Shown here: piece by piece, positions 46,253 through 56,507 of the stretch
How the letters are laid out: each line of letters begins with the position of its first letter
How positions within the stretch are numbered: position 1 is the stretch's first letter
Assembly: GCA_026983715.1 (NCBI GenBank)
Contig: JALSTM010000042.1
Location: forward strand, 14,594-78,593
Direction: 5' to 3'
Length of the DNA: 64,000 nt
Origin: Desulfobacterales bacterium
GTDB taxonomy: Bacteria > Desulfobacterota > Syntrophobacteria > B119-G9
The notes under the pieces: generated by a model
What the model saw: only the letters and a program-made list of their open reading frames with translations
Told to the model about the DNA's origin: nothing
Database searches by the model: none
Program-made: the position numbers and the translations under genes

Positions 46253-46450
46253 CTGATTAATTCCTCAAATAGCCAAGGATCTCACATACGTCATCCTGGC
46301 CCCCTGCTCTAGTCGGGGGTAGGCTCGATCCGGCATCCAGGATTTCGTATCCACTGGATTCCCGTTTCCGCGAGAATGATAAGTCCTTTCAAGACAATCT
46401 AAAACTTTTCTTCGCCAGAAGGCGAGACGTTTCACAACATCCCCGAAACA
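46253..46450. repeat. intergenic repeat family D, copy 3 (longest)
   Basis: The string ctgattaattcctc…gtcatcctggccccctgctctagtcgggggtaggctcgatccggcatccag…ggattcccgtttccgcgagaatgataagtcc…gtttcacaacatccccgaaac matches 13125–13206 in its first half and 28271–28403 in its second half. Confidence 0.6.
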
Positions 46451-46593
46451 AACACTAACATATTGAAACATCAAGATAAAAATTATTTGATGCCGATATC
46501 TCGGCTGTGATACGGTTAAGTTAGCGAATTATCTCGAATGACGGCTTTTTTGCGGAACCAGCTAATCATCAATAATTTTACACGAGGGACGTC

Positions 46594-47592
46594 ATGGATG
46601 CCAATGTCATGGAATTTAACATGATAGACGTTGGAGGAAGCCCTGTAGACGGCTATTTCTTAAACAGTGCTTCACCTCCTATCGATCAGTGTCTCTACAT
46701 GGATTTTTACAAGCTGAAAGAGCATCCCTTTTCAATCACCCCGGATCCGGATTTTCTGTACTTAAGTCAGACCCACCGGAGTGTCCTAGAAAGGGTTTTA
46801 TACGGAATTCAGGCGGGCTACGGTTTCATTCTGATTACCGGAGAAGTTGGGACAGGGAAAACTACCCTCTGTCGGTCTATCCTGAGTATATTAAAAGACC
46901 GAGTCAATACAGCATACCTGATAAACCCGTCAATATCGGGTAGGGAACTCCTCGCTTCAGTCCTGGATGACCTGGGGATCGAGTATTCACCAAACTCGAC
47001 AAAAAAAGACCTCCTTTCAAAGCTTAATAATTTCTTACTGTCTAATGAAAATCGCATAACAACCATCATTGTTGACGATGCCCAAACGCTGCCAGTGGAA
47101 ACGCTTGAAGATATCAGGCTGCTTTCAAACCTTGAAACCACGAAAAACAAGTTGTTGCAGATTGTGCTTGTCGGCCAAAACGAGCTGTTAGATATCCTCT
47201 CGCAACCGGAGTTACGTCAGTTAAACCAAAGGATCGCAATCCGGTGCAGGCTGGAACATCTCACAATAGACGAAACGGCCCGTTACATAGACAACCGCTT
47301 GAGTGTAGCAGGAAACAGGGGACAGGTCTGTTTCCAGTCAGATGCTCTTAGCACTATTCATAAAGCATCAGGTGGAATTCCCAGACTGGTTAACCTGATT
47401 TGCGATTATGCATTGCTCGCAGGCTACGTAAAGCAAAAGAACGTGATTTCAGAAAGAGAGGTCCGGCAGGCTCTAAATGAGCTAAATATACCTAAAAACC
47501 GGGTAAATAGTAAACATATTCCACTGTATATCTGGTTCTGCGTGCCGGCGCTCCTTACTATTGCAATTTTTATTCAGTACTTAATCAGGTAA
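46594..47592 (+). CDS. ExeA/GspA-like AAA ATPase
   Basis: 332 aa. The motif YKLKEHPFSITPDPDFLY is typical of the ExeA N-terminus. A Walker A box (ITGEVGTGKTTLCRS), a Walker B box (TIIVDDAQ) and a C-terminal transmembrane helix are present. Confidence 0.75.
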   Translation: MDANVMEFNMIDVGGSPVDGYFLNSASPPIDQCLYMDFYKLKEHPFSITPDPDFLYLSQTHRSVLERVLYGIQAGYGFILITGEVGTGKTTLCRSILSILKDRVNTAYLINPSISGRELLASVLDDLGIEYSPNSTKKDLLSKLNNFLLSNENRITTIIVDDAQTLPVETLEDIRLLSNLETTKNKLLQIVLVGQNELLDILSQPELRQLNQRIAIRCRLEHLTIDETARYIDNRLSVAGNRGQVCFQSDALSTIHKASGGIPRLVNLICDYALLAGYVKQKNVISEREVRQALNELNIPKNRVNSKHIPLYIWFCVPALLTIAIFIQYLIR

Positions 47593-47610
47593 AAATCTCA
47601 GGAATAAAAG

Positions 47611-48789
47611 ATGAGCCTTCTTAACGATGCTTTAAAGAAAAAAGAACAGGAAACACAGATCCCAGATGTACCTTCTCACCTTCTTGGACTGCAAGACGAA
47701 GGAAAAGTAGAGAAAACACAACCGAAAAAGCTCTTTCTTACACTCCTTGCCATACTTGTGGTTTTCTCTGCCGGCCTTTCTTACGGGATACTTAAATACA
47801 GCTCCAGCCAGATCAGGCCGAAAGTTTTATCGATAGGAAAATCAAATATAACTACCAACAAGGAAGTAACCCAGACCGCCCCCGGGAAAAATGAGGAGTC
47901 TAAAACCGGAAACTCCATCAAGACCATTACGACAGAAAAGAAGGTTTTAGCCGAAAATAGTCCTGAGAAAGGTCTGAGTAATGAACATGTGGTAGAAAAA
48001 GCAGAAGTTAAACAGCCACAGGAAGTAGGAAACACGGCAGAGAACGAAAAGTCGAGGGAAAAAGCAACAGCCACAAAAAAAGCCCAGATAGCAAAAAAAG
48101 GGCACAAGCTTGAGGTTAAGCAAACAACCCCGAAAGTTGTAACGCGGGAAAAACCCGTTTCCGTCACGACGACAAAGAAAAAGAAAGCTGTTGAGTCCTT
48201 TTTCATCACTGCTGCAAGGTACCAGAGAGATGGAAGGGTTCACGAAGCTATACGGATATACAAAAGCATCCTTAAGAGATACCCTCAGAACAGAAAAGCC
48301 AGGTTAAACCTGGGAGCAGCATACTTACAGGTCGGTCAGTACAGTGCTGCCTTAAACATCATGGAAAAGCTCTACAATCAATACCCCAATGATCCCCGGG
48401 TTCTTTTAGATTATTCAATTGTACTGGTAAAGTTCGGAAGACTGGAAGAGGCACTACAATGTATAGAACTGGCCGAAAAGAAAGGGGGACCAAGATACGA
48501 AGTACTGCTAAACAAAGGGATAGTGCTTAGGAAACTTGGGAAAATTAGCCAGGCCATCGATGCTTATCGGGAAGCCAGTTATCTGAGACCCAATGATCCA
48601 CGGCTTCAATACAATATGGCTATCGTTTACGATGCGGCAGGATCATATCGAGAAGCAACCAGATACTATAAGTCCTTCCTTGATAATCCTGAACACGACA
48701 CCAAGAAGGATGTTCCGGTCAGGCAACGACTACAACAGCTCTACGCGTACCTGAATCGTATCAAGCAGGAACAGTATACCAGGAATTGA
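47611..48789 (+). CDS. membrane-anchored TPR-repeat protein (possible GspB/ExeB-like partner)
   Basis: 392 aa. A transmembrane helix (LFLTLLAILVVFSAGLSYGI) and a low-complexity lysine/threonine-rich linker precede C-terminal TPR repeats. It sits between the ExeA-like gene and gspE. Confidence 0.55.
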   Translation: MSLLNDALKKKEQETQIPDVPSHLLGLQDEGKVEKTQPKKLFLTLLAILVVFSAGLSYGILKYSSSQIRPKVLSIGKSNITTNKEVTQTAPGKNEESKTGNSIKTITTEKKVLAENSPEKGLSNEHVVEKAEVKQPQEVGNTAENEKSREKATATKKAQIAKKGHKLEVKQTTPKVVTREKPVSVTTTKKKKAVESFFITAARYQRDGRVHEAIRIYKSILKRYPQNRKARLNLGAAYLQVGQYSAALNIMEKLYNQYPNDPRVLLDYSIVLVKFGRLEEALQCIELAEKKGGPRYEVLLNKGIVLRKLGKISQAIDAYREASYLRPNDPRLQYNMAIVYDAAGSYREATRYYKSFLDNPEHDTKKDVPVRQRLQQLYAYLNRIKQEQYTRN

Positions 48790-48794
48790 GATAG

Positions 48795-50465
48795 ATGAAC
48801 GGGAAAACTAAAAGTAAAAAAAGTCGCATCGGGGATATACTGGTCGAACTAGGGTACCTGTCACAGGACCAGTTGCAAAAGGCCTTGCAGGAATCGAAGC
48901 GAACAGGCGTAATGCTTGGTGAAGTCCTTACGAGGCTCGGATGGATTACCGAGGAACAGCTCAACACTGCACTTGGGATACAGTCTGGTGCGCAGTTGCT
49001 TGACACGAAAAGAGTAAGCGTTGATAGTGGTGTGTTGAAAATGGTTCCTCACGAGTTTGCCAGGGAACACGAACTTTTACCGTTCGGTCTTCAGGAAAAT
49101 TCTCTTCAGGTAGCGCTTTCCAACCCCTTTGACGTTGTAGCCAGGGACAAGCTAAAATCACTGACCGGGAAAAAAATTATACCATACATCGCCCCACGGG
49201 AATGGATCACAGGTTCTATTGAGTACTACTACAAAACTGCAGCACACATAGACGAAGAAATTGAAGAAATAGTAAGAAGGGATCTGGCGGGAGATTCCGA
49301 TGCCACAGCCGAAGGCAACATAACGCGATTGGTTGACCTTATCATAGCCAAGGGTCTGAGCCTGGGTGCAAGCGACATACACATAGACCCGGATGAACAA
49401 CTGGTCAGAATATACTTTCGGATGGACGGGGTATTACATCAGAAGTATCTCTTGCCGAAGAAATTCCACTCCGGCCTGGTTACTAGGATTAAGGTCATGA
49501 GTGGCATCCCCCTTGGGGATGCTCACGTACCTCATGACGGTCGAGTTCAGTACGATGCCAAGGTACGAAAGATAGACATCAGGGTTTCCACATTTCCATC
49601 ACACCTTGGTGAGATGGTCGTAATGCGTTTATTAATCAAAGCCGAGGCCGTAGGAAGTTTCGAACGATTAGGGATGACTAAAAAAACAATAGACCAGGTA
49701 ACCTCGGCAATATACAGGCCTCACGGCCTGGTGCTAATCACCGGACCCACCGGGTCCGGAAAAACAACTACCGTTTACACTGTTTTGCTAAAAATTAACC
49801 GATCTGAAATCAATATCATGGCCATTGAGGATCCGATAGAATACGTGATTCCGACTGTAAGGCAGAGTGCCGTTAATCCTAAGGCTGGATTTACCTTTGC
49901 CAACGCACTTCGTGCTGCTCTAAGGCAGGATCCTGATGTGATCATGGTGGGAGAAGTCAGGGACAAGGAAACGGCGGAGTTGGCTTTAAGGGCTTCCATT
50001 ACCGGTCACCTCGTTATCTCCACCCTACATGCCAATGAAGCCGCCGGTGCGGTCCCAAGACTTCTTGACATGGGTGTTCTACCCACAGTTCTGGCATCAA
50101 GCCTGGTGCTTGTCGTGGCACAAAGGTTAGTAAGACGTCTTTGCCCCGATTGCATAGAACTTTATTCACCATCGGCAGAAGAGAAAGAGGTTTTCCTGTC
50201 CAATGGTCTCGAAGCTCCTTCAGAACTTGCAAGAACAACCGGTTGTGACCTGTGTCACAATACGGGTTTTAAGGGTCGAATAGGTATATTTGAGATAATG
50301 ATGGTCAGCAAGGAAATAGAAGAACTGATCATAGGAAACGCTTCACGTAGCAAAATAGAAGAAGTGGCAGTCAGCCAGGGAATGGAAAAAATGTTCGTGG
50401 ACGGGTTAAGAAAGGTGGCCCAAAAACTTACTTCCTTAAGCGAAATCCGGAGGGTAGCAGTATAA
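48795..50465 (+). CDS. GspE/PilB-family secretion ATPase with N-terminal MshEN-type domain
   Basis: 556 aa. A Walker A box (LITGPTGSGKTT), Asp and His boxes, and a tetracysteine motif (CPDC…CDLC) are present. The N-terminus carries two tandem 24-aa motifs, RIGDILVELGYLSQDQLQKALQES and MLGEVLTRLGWITEEQLNTALGIQ. Confidence 0.9.
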   Translation: MNGKTKSKKSRIGDILVELGYLSQDQLQKALQESKRTGVMLGEVLTRLGWITEEQLNTALGIQSGAQLLDTKRVSVDSGVLKMVPHEFAREHELLPFGLQENSLQVALSNPFDVVARDKLKSLTGKKIIPYIAPREWITGSIEYYYKTAAHIDEEIEEIVRRDLAGDSDATAEGNITRLVDLIIAKGLSLGASDIHIDPDEQLVRIYFRMDGVLHQKYLLPKKFHSGLVTRIKVMSGIPLGDAHVPHDGRVQYDAKVRKIDIRVSTFPSHLGEMVVMRLLIKAEAVGSFERLGMTKKTIDQVTSAIYRPHGLVLITGPTGSGKTTTVYTVLLKINRSEINIMAIEDPIEYVIPTVRQSAVNPKAGFTFANALRAALRQDPDVIMVGEVRDKETAELALRASITGHLVISTLHANEAAGAVPRLLDMGVLPTVLASSLVLVVAQRLVRRLCPDCIELYSPSAEEKEVFLSNGLEAPSELARTTGCDLCHNTGFKGRIGIFEIMMVSKEIEELIIGNASRSKIEEVAVSQGMEKMFVDGLRKVAQKLTSLSEIRRVAV

Positions 50466-51685
50466 TGCCTCTCTTCAGATACACTGCGCTGGACGGTCAT
50501 GGAAAGATTGTAAAGGGCACAATGGTTGCTCTCACAGAGTCTGATGCTGAAAAGCGACTTGGTGAGCGAGATCTCACGCTAATCCAGGCAAAAAAACTCT
50601 CAGAACGATTCTCTGCGCTGTCGCATATTTTCAAGAGACAAGTTCGCGATAGAGACCTTATCGAGTTCTACCAGAGACTTTCCGAGTCGCTGGAAGTAGG
50701 TTTACCGCTACTTTCTACCCTGGAAGAAAACATAAAGCTTATTGGATCGAAGAGACTTGCGAGAAGCGTTGAAAGGGTAAAGCTTGACGTAGAAAATGGG
50801 CTTACACTTTCACAGGCCATGAGCCAGCAATCTGACGTGTTCGATACCCTTCAGATTGGGATCGTGGCAATGGGTGAACAGTCCGGTACTCTTCCGGAAG
50901 CTCTCAAGCATCTGGCTGATTTCCTTGAATGGAAGTACCAACAGAAATCCTTGTTAAAACGAGCATCCATATACCCTGCGTTTATTTTTGTGACGGTGCT
51001 GGTTGTGGTAGCCATTTGGGTTGGTTACGTTTTGCCACAAGTTGGTGGGTTCCTGGAAAGTATGCAAATTGAGCTCCCTACTATAACCATGGCTGTAATT
51101 ACCATGAGCAGATGGATCCAAGGACACTGGATACATATCATTGCAGGACTTACCGGGATAATCATTGGTACCGTGATTTTCAAAAAATCAAAGTGGGGTG
51201 GGGTCAAATATGACATGTTAATGTTAAAATTGCCCGTGGTGGGAAAAGTAATACTTAACTCATCCGTCAGTAGAATAGGGCACTATTTCTCTGTCATGCT
51301 AGAAGCAGGAATGAACCTAGTCACAATATTTGAATTGATGACTGATGGCATTATAGGAAATAAGTACATTGAAAAACAGCTCGAAAGGGTTTTTGATCAG
51401 GTGAAACAGGGCAAACAGTTTTTTGAAGCATTTAAGAAGGAGAAGACCTTCCCAGATCTCTTTCTCGGTGCAATCAAAACAGGGGAACAGGCTGGTAAAC
51501 TGGCCGAGACTTTCAAAAGACTCGGAGTTTACTACGACAAGGAAGTCAAAAGATCTGTGAAATTTCTTGTTGCAGCCTTTGAACCTGCCATCATTATTTT
51601 TCTCGGCCTTTTTTTCGGCATCATTATCCTTGCAATACTGTCCCCCCTTTACGACGTAATTGGCCAGATAAGCAAGGCTTACTAA
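50465..51685 (+). CDS. GspF/PilC-family inner-membrane platform protein
   Basis: 406 aa. Two T2SF domains with three transmembrane segments are present. The start codon overlaps the gspE stop. Confidence 0.9.
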   Translation: MPLFRYTALDGHGKIVKGTMVALTESDAEKRLGERDLTLIQAKKLSERFSALSHIFKRQVRDRDLIEFYQRLSESLEVGLPLLSTLEENIKLIGSKRLARSVERVKLDVENGLTLSQAMSQQSDVFDTLQIGIVAMGEQSGTLPEALKHLADFLEWKYQQKSLLKRASIYPAFIFVTVLVVVAIWVGYVLPQVGGFLESMQIELPTITMAVITMSRWIQGHWIHIIAGLTGIIIGTVIFKKSKWGGVKYDMLMLKLPVVGKVILNSSVSRIGHYFSVMLEAGMNLVTIFELMTDGIIGNKYIEKQLERVFDQVKQGKQFFEAFKKEKTFPDLFLGAIKTGEQAGKLAETFKRLGVYYDKEVKRSVKFLVAAFEPAIIIFLGLFFGIIILAILSPLYDVIGQISKAY

Positions 51686-51772
51686 AACCCTTCCCCTTGC
51701 CCCACGGCTTTAATGGTGCGCAGAAACACCAGTCCACTCTTTGCTGTCTTTTTTTGGGGGGCACAGGAATTT

Positions 51773-51835
51773 TAGCCCACGTTTCAACCGTGGGTAAAAA
51801 GGCAAAGTTTATCACTGGACCGATTCATCGGTTTT
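51773..51835 (-). repeat. double-hairpin intergenic element (family A/B), copy 3, inverted orientation
   Basis: On the plus strand the order is tagcccacgtttcaaccgtgggta, about 22 nt, then accgattcatcggtt. The reverse complement reproduces the B–spacer–A order of copies 1 and 2. Confidence 0.7.
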
Positions 51836-52068
51836 TCATGTGTCTCTCCTAAGTTGACAATAGAACCCCAGAAAACGCAAAAGGGACTCATCTTTTGCTG
51901 CCGTGAGATACTAACAGATAAGAATATCAACATCACGTATGGCTCTCTGCGCCCCATTGAAATCTCGAAATCGGTGTTCACGCAATTTTTTTTCATAATA
52001 ACGCATAAATATAAGCTATAATAATATAAATACCCTCTGATTAGTTATTCATTTTTGATGATAAAGCC

Positions 52069-52800
52069 ATGACAAAGCTACCTGGCAACCTATGGTGGGA
52101 CGGTGACCGCCTTGCGAGGATAAAGCCTCCTGTTGCAGCGGCGCATCTTAAAATTTTGTACGAAGACAACCACGTTCTGTCTGTATTTAAGCCCGCCGGA
52201 CTGCTTTCCCAGGGACCGGGGGAAAAGCAAAATACCCTGGTGGATATTGCAAAAGAATGGATAAAGATTAAATATGAGAAGCCGGGAAACGTGTATCTCG
52301 GGTTAGTTCACCGGTTGGATCGCCCAGTTAGCGGTGTGGTTATCCTGGCAAAAACATCCAAAGCCGCAAGTCGCCTATCAGCCCAGATGAGAGAGAAACA
52401 GATTCACAAGGAATACCTGGCAGTTGTACACGGAATACCCAAAAACAAAAAAGGAACCGTTGAGGGTTACTTGAAAAAGAACGAAAAAGATCAAAAAATG
52501 CTAATAATCGATTCCGAGTATACGAATTCACTTTATTCCAGGCTTGAATACAAGCTACTAGATTCGAAAGGCTATAAGAGCCTTCTTCTAGTTTTTCCTT
52601 TTTCAGGGAGAAGACACCAAATAAGGGTCCTTCTTGCCCATGTGGGGCTTCCCATCTGGGGGGACTGCAAATACGGTAAAGGTCCAAAATTAAGGAGTAC
52701 TATTGGTTTGCTAGCTTACAGGATGAGCTTTTTACATCCAACGACCTTTTCACGAATCACTGTGGAAGCCCCTCTTCCTCCAAACTGGCCGTGGCCTTAG
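52069..52800 (+). CDS. RluA-family pseudouridine synthase
   Basis: 243 aa. The catalytic motif HRLDRPVSGVVILAKT is present, and the core is RluA/RluC/RluD-like. Confidence 0.8.
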   Translation: MTKLPGNLWWDGDRLARIKPPVAAAHLKILYEDNHVLSVFKPAGLLSQGPGEKQNTLVDIAKEWIKIKYEKPGNVYLGLVHRLDRPVSGVVILAKTSKAASRLSAQMREKQIHKEYLAVVHGIPKNKKGTVEGYLKKNEKDQKMLIIDSEYTNSLYSRLEYKLLDSKGYKSLLLVFPFSGRRHQIRVLLAHVGLPIWGDCKYGKGPKLRSTIGLLAYRMSFLHPTTFSRITVEAPLPPNWPWP

Positions 52801-52898
52801 TTAGCGCAAGTGAAAGTCTATTTTATTCTCGGTTTAATTGGCCTTCGTAGAAACTTTTATTTGATTGTGGCAGACCCAATTTGTTCCAGCCATGCTTA

Positions 52899-53804
52899 TT
52901 AGTCAAATACCAAGGTTTTTTCACCACCGCCGAACACGAAACTAGCTATAAATTGACCGCTTTGAGGATCATAAATTCTTATCATTGAACCCACTTCTAT
53001 GTCCAACTCTCCACTGCTACCGCCATCAGGAGCGCTACCTATTCCTGTAATCCAGCTGGAACCTCCGTCAAAACTCTGGTCAACGCGCAATGTTTGATCG
53101 TATTTCTCGTTAACAGAGCCACTATTTACGTTAACCACCACTATGGAACCGCAACAAGATTTGTACATCTCGTAGGCAGATCCATATTCAAGTATGTCAT
53201 CAAAGGTATCATCAGATGGTTTTTTTTCATACATGGAATCACCGTCTCTATTATCACCGTCGGCAAGTCCTCCCGCATGATCCCTATCTTCCGTTCCCCC
53301 GGAGAAAACAAGGAATGGAACACGAACAACGTTGCCGGAATCATTTACAAGTATAGCGGAAGAGGGTAGATTCTTGAGGATCTCACACCTGTTGCGCCTC
53401 ATGGTGTTAGTTACGGAACTGTGTTCGGTAAATTGTCGCATGACCACGTACCTGATGGGCCTACCGGTAGAATCATTGGGCGGGAAGGAGAGGTCAGCGT
53501 AGGGAAGTTTTCCGGACAGAATTGCACCGCTTCCTGCAGAACAGTCTGCCGTGCCGTCCCCCACAGTATCAGTTGATCCTGTCATGTCAGGACAGGGGAG
53601 GTAACCAACTGCTCTCAGGCGTTGCAGCAGCACCTCTTTTGCCTGTTTTAGCTGTTCATCGATGTCAGCAGCCTTCCTGTTTTCATGTATAGCCTTAGCA
53701 AGAGGTATCAGTGCACCTGCAAGAAGTCCCATAATAGCCAGAACAATGGCCATCTCGAGTATCGTAAATCCTCTTATTCCCGGACAGCGGCGTTTTTTTT
53801 TCAT
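52899..53804 (-). CDS. prepilin-type N-terminal cleavage/methylation domain protein (large minor pilin or pseudopilin)
   Basis: From MKKKRRCPGIRG|FTILEMAIVLAIMGLLAG this is a class III signal peptide with the G/FTxxE motif. The ORF in the track is extended upstream to 53969. Confidence 0.65.
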   Translation of the reverse strand: MKKKRRCPGIRGFTILEMAIVLAIMGLLAGALIPLAKAIHENRKAADIDEQLKQAKEVLLQRLRAVGYLPCPDMTGSTDTVGDGTADCSAGSGAILSGKLPYADLSFPPNDSTGRPIRYVVMRQFTEHSSVTNTMRRNRCEILKNLPSSAILVNDSGNVVRVPFLVFSGGTEDRDHAGGLADGDNRDGDSMYEKKPSDDTFDDILEYGSAYEMYKSCCGSIVVVNVNSGSVNEKYDQTLRVDQSFDGGSSWITGIGSAPDGGSSGELDIEVGSMIRIYDPQSGQFIASFVFGGGEKTLVFD

Positions 53805-53925
53805 AACTAACCTAAGGTACTCTAATCTGCGCCATTTCCAAGGTAACAAGGTTTCAAAACAGAAAAAGAGTAGAAAGCCGGAAACAAGCTTTCTACTCGC
53901 TAGACATCGACTTGTAGATACACGG

Positions 53926-54495
53926 CTAAAGCTGAGAGGCCTGGTATACTCTTGCATTGTTGTAGCCACGATTTGCTCTTATATCCCCCCTGTTGTATGC
54001 TCCGTCGTCGTACTTTTCATCGATAACCCTGGCTACATCACCGGGGATGTTCTCTGCATAAACACCATTTCCGCCAACGCTGTAAGGATTATAAGAAACA
54101 ATGTATCGTCCACCGTAGGGATTTGGAGGATATGTTGTCGCTGAAGGGTCACCACTTAACAATTTTGCATACCTAAGGTGCCTGAACACCAACGGTCTTT
54201 CTGCGGCGTCTATTCTTCCGTTGCCATTTCCATTCGGGGCACCTGGGAAATGAGTGCCTGCTCTCGGGTCATCACCGGGATAATAACCATAGCGATCAAA
54301 ATACGCGTACCAGGCAGCTCTAATTCCATCAAGATCCTGGTGGTACCTCTTGATCTTAGCATTTTTAACCATCGCCTGTCCCTTTAGGATGCCTCCGATG
54401 AGAAGCCCGACTATGACCATAACAATAGCAATCTCAATCAGTGTGAAGCCCCTTTGGTCTGAACTTATTCTTTTTCTTACCTTGTTGAACATCAT
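53926..54495 (-). CDS. type IV pilin or pseudopilin (prepilin-type)
   Basis: 189 aa. The motif …DQRG|FTLIEIAIVMVIVGLLIGGIL is a class III leader followed by a hydrophobic alpha-1 helix with E5. Confidence 0.75.
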   Translation of the reverse strand: MMFNKVRKRISSDQRGFTLIEIAIVMVIVGLLIGGILKGQAMVKNAKIKRYHQDLDGIRAAWYAYFDRYGYYPGDDPRAGTHFPGAPNGNGNGRIDAAERPLVFRHLRYAKLLSGDPSATTYPPNPYGGRYIVSYNPYSVGGNGVYAENIPGDVARVIDEKYDDGAYNRGDIRANRGYNNARVYQASQL

Positions 54496-54912
54496 TTTCC
54501 TCCTTTATCTTTAATATTTTCCATTGCTTAGTTGATATCCTACCTTTAGCGCACTTGTTTAAACAAATGTGGGTTTTATCGGCTGCGAAGTTTAACCAGA
54601 GTAACCAGCATGGCTGAACCACCTTGGGCCGGCCATAAATAACGATGAAAGTCATTGCAAAGGCCCATCAAGAGGCCTAGATGATATAGACTTTCATTTA
54701 GAAAGATCACTCGGCGGAACTTTCTGACCTGGCACGTAAAGAAGGGGAATGCAATAGAGATACCAAAAATGAGTGAAAATTTAATATTAATAGGAAATAA
54801 GGAAGTCAGGCGGGAAAGTAATCACGTTAACAGCTCACAAAAATGATAACATTCTGAAATCTATACATAAATTAAACATTTTTTTAGGAATCGACTGTAG
54901 GCACATTAACTC

Positions 54913-56406
54913 TCAGTTAACGTACTGTCTCTTTATTATTGGGGTCAATAAAATGACAAGTTCAGTATTTCTCCATTCTTTGTCAAGATTTTGAAAGAGG
55001 TATCCTAGCCAAGGTATATCTCCAAGCACGGGTAGTTTTTGCCGAATGTTTCTCATCGTTTTTCGAATCAGGCCCGCAAGTATCACGGTATCTCCTTCGT
55101 GAACCTTTACCACGGTACCAAGTTCTCTCAGGTCAAAAATGGGATTCTCTATCCGCTGCACCCGTGCCCCCACGGTTGGTATTTCAACGTCTACGACGTC
55201 TTGGAGGTCGGTTATTGTGGGGACCACGTGAAGAATTATATCGCCATTTTCAGCAATGTGAGGGGTAACACCCAGCTGCACGCCCACGATGGCCCTTTTA
55301 ATGTCAACGTCATATATCAAGTTCCCCGTTTCATCCTGAATATCTACACCAGAAATGTCCCCGTAAGGGTACTGGTGACCCACCGTAAGTATTGCAGATT
55401 GCCCGTTTAGCACGGATAAGTGAGGGCTCGATATAACGGAGACTTCCCCCTGTGTCTGGAGATAGTCAATGAGAACGTTTAGGTTAAAATCACCGGTATC
55501 CAGGTTGCTTAAAACAGCCGTTCCACCCCTTTCTAGTCCCTGAGAAAGCGACTGAGTTAAAGTCAACTGCCCGTGACTTGCCAGATCTGAAATTGCCGTC
55601 CAATCGATGCCATATTGGAACTTATCGCCAAGCCTTACCTCGAGGATTTTTGCCTCTATTAAAACTTGTCGGTTCACAGATTGCTTAAGTTGATCCAAAA
55701 ATTTGACCATGGATCTAATGTGTGAAGGAGTGTCAATCATGTAGACAGTACCCGCCAAAGAATTAACCATTATCTTGCCTTCCGCAGATTTCAATCTTTC
55801 CAGAGATTCCTGGATCCTTTGCCAGATGTCGGAAGTTTCATCATTGCGCTTGGAATCTATCTTGAACTCGCTAGATATCCCCATATCTTCCTGGTTACCA
55901 CCAAGTATGTCACCGCCGACCTTGGTCGTAGCTTTTCTTATTCCGCTCAAGTAATCGAGGTGATATACTTTCTCGGCAAATCTTTTCACCTCCACGAAGT
56001 TGCCACTAAGATTGTAGCTATAATCGGCCCCCCTTACAACTACAGCATCAAGGGCTTCTCGCAACGTCACATTGTCAACGTGGATAAAAATCGGCTGCTG
56101 CACGTCAATTCCAGGTTCTATGGATAAATTCAAACTGGTGTTTTTTACAATTGCGTATAAAACATCAATTAGTGGGGCGTTTTCAAAGTGCAGGGAAAAT
56201 AGTTTTCCTGCCTCCGGGCTTTCCAGGAAAACAGGGCTACTTTCTTCTTCTAGCTTGGGTGGGCCAGGTACCGATATCTTCTTATAACTTTCTAAGATTT
56301 CTCCCGGGCTTTTAGTTATCGGCCTTGGTTGGTTTTCAGTGGTAGTACACGAAGTTACCAGAAAAAAGCCAAAGCATACCAATGCAGCTAATATTCGAAA
56401 ACGCAT
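54913..56406 (-). CDS. pilQ: secretin (PilQ/GspD family)
   Basis: 497 aa. An N-terminal lipoprotein or signal sequence (LVTSCTT) and N-domains precede the secretin C-domain (VILAGLI…LPVLGDIPWLGYLF…ELVILLTP). Confidence 0.85.
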   Translation of the reverse strand: MRFRILAALVCFGFFLVTSCTTTENQPRPITKSPGEILESYKKISVPGPPKLEEESSPVFLESPEAGKLFSLHFENAPLIDVLYAIVKNTSLNLSIEPGIDVQQPIFIHVDNVTLREALDAVVVRGADYSYNLSGNFVEVKRFAEKVYHLDYLSGIRKATTKVGGDILGGNQEDMGISSEFKIDSKRNDETSDIWQRIQESLERLKSAEGKIMVNSLAGTVYMIDTPSHIRSMVKFLDQLKQSVNRQVLIEAKILEVRLGDKFQYGIDWTAISDLASHGQLTLTQSLSQGLERGGTAVLSNLDTGDFNLNVLIDYLQTQGEVSVISSPHLSVLNGQSAILTVGHQYPYGDISGVDIQDETGNLIYDVDIKRAIVGVQLGVTPHIAENGDIILHVVPTITDLQDVVDVEIPTVGARVQRIENPIFDLRELGTVVKVHEGDTVILAGLIRKTMRNIRQKLPVLGDIPWLGYLFQNLDKEWRNTELVILLTPIIKRQYVN

Positions 56407-56507
56407 CTGTGCACCCTCTCAGTTTTTTGTCCATCCCCATACTTATTTTTCGGTCGAGCTTCCGCCCGATATGCAAGCTTGTCGATCTCTACGTTTTCGT
56501 CTACAGG

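Noticed and set aside
54496-54912. Searched the 416-bp gap upstream of the pilin gene for a sigma-54 (TGGCAC-N5-TTGCA) promoter
   Set aside because: No acceptable -24/-12 match was found on the relevant strand, so no promoter is reported.
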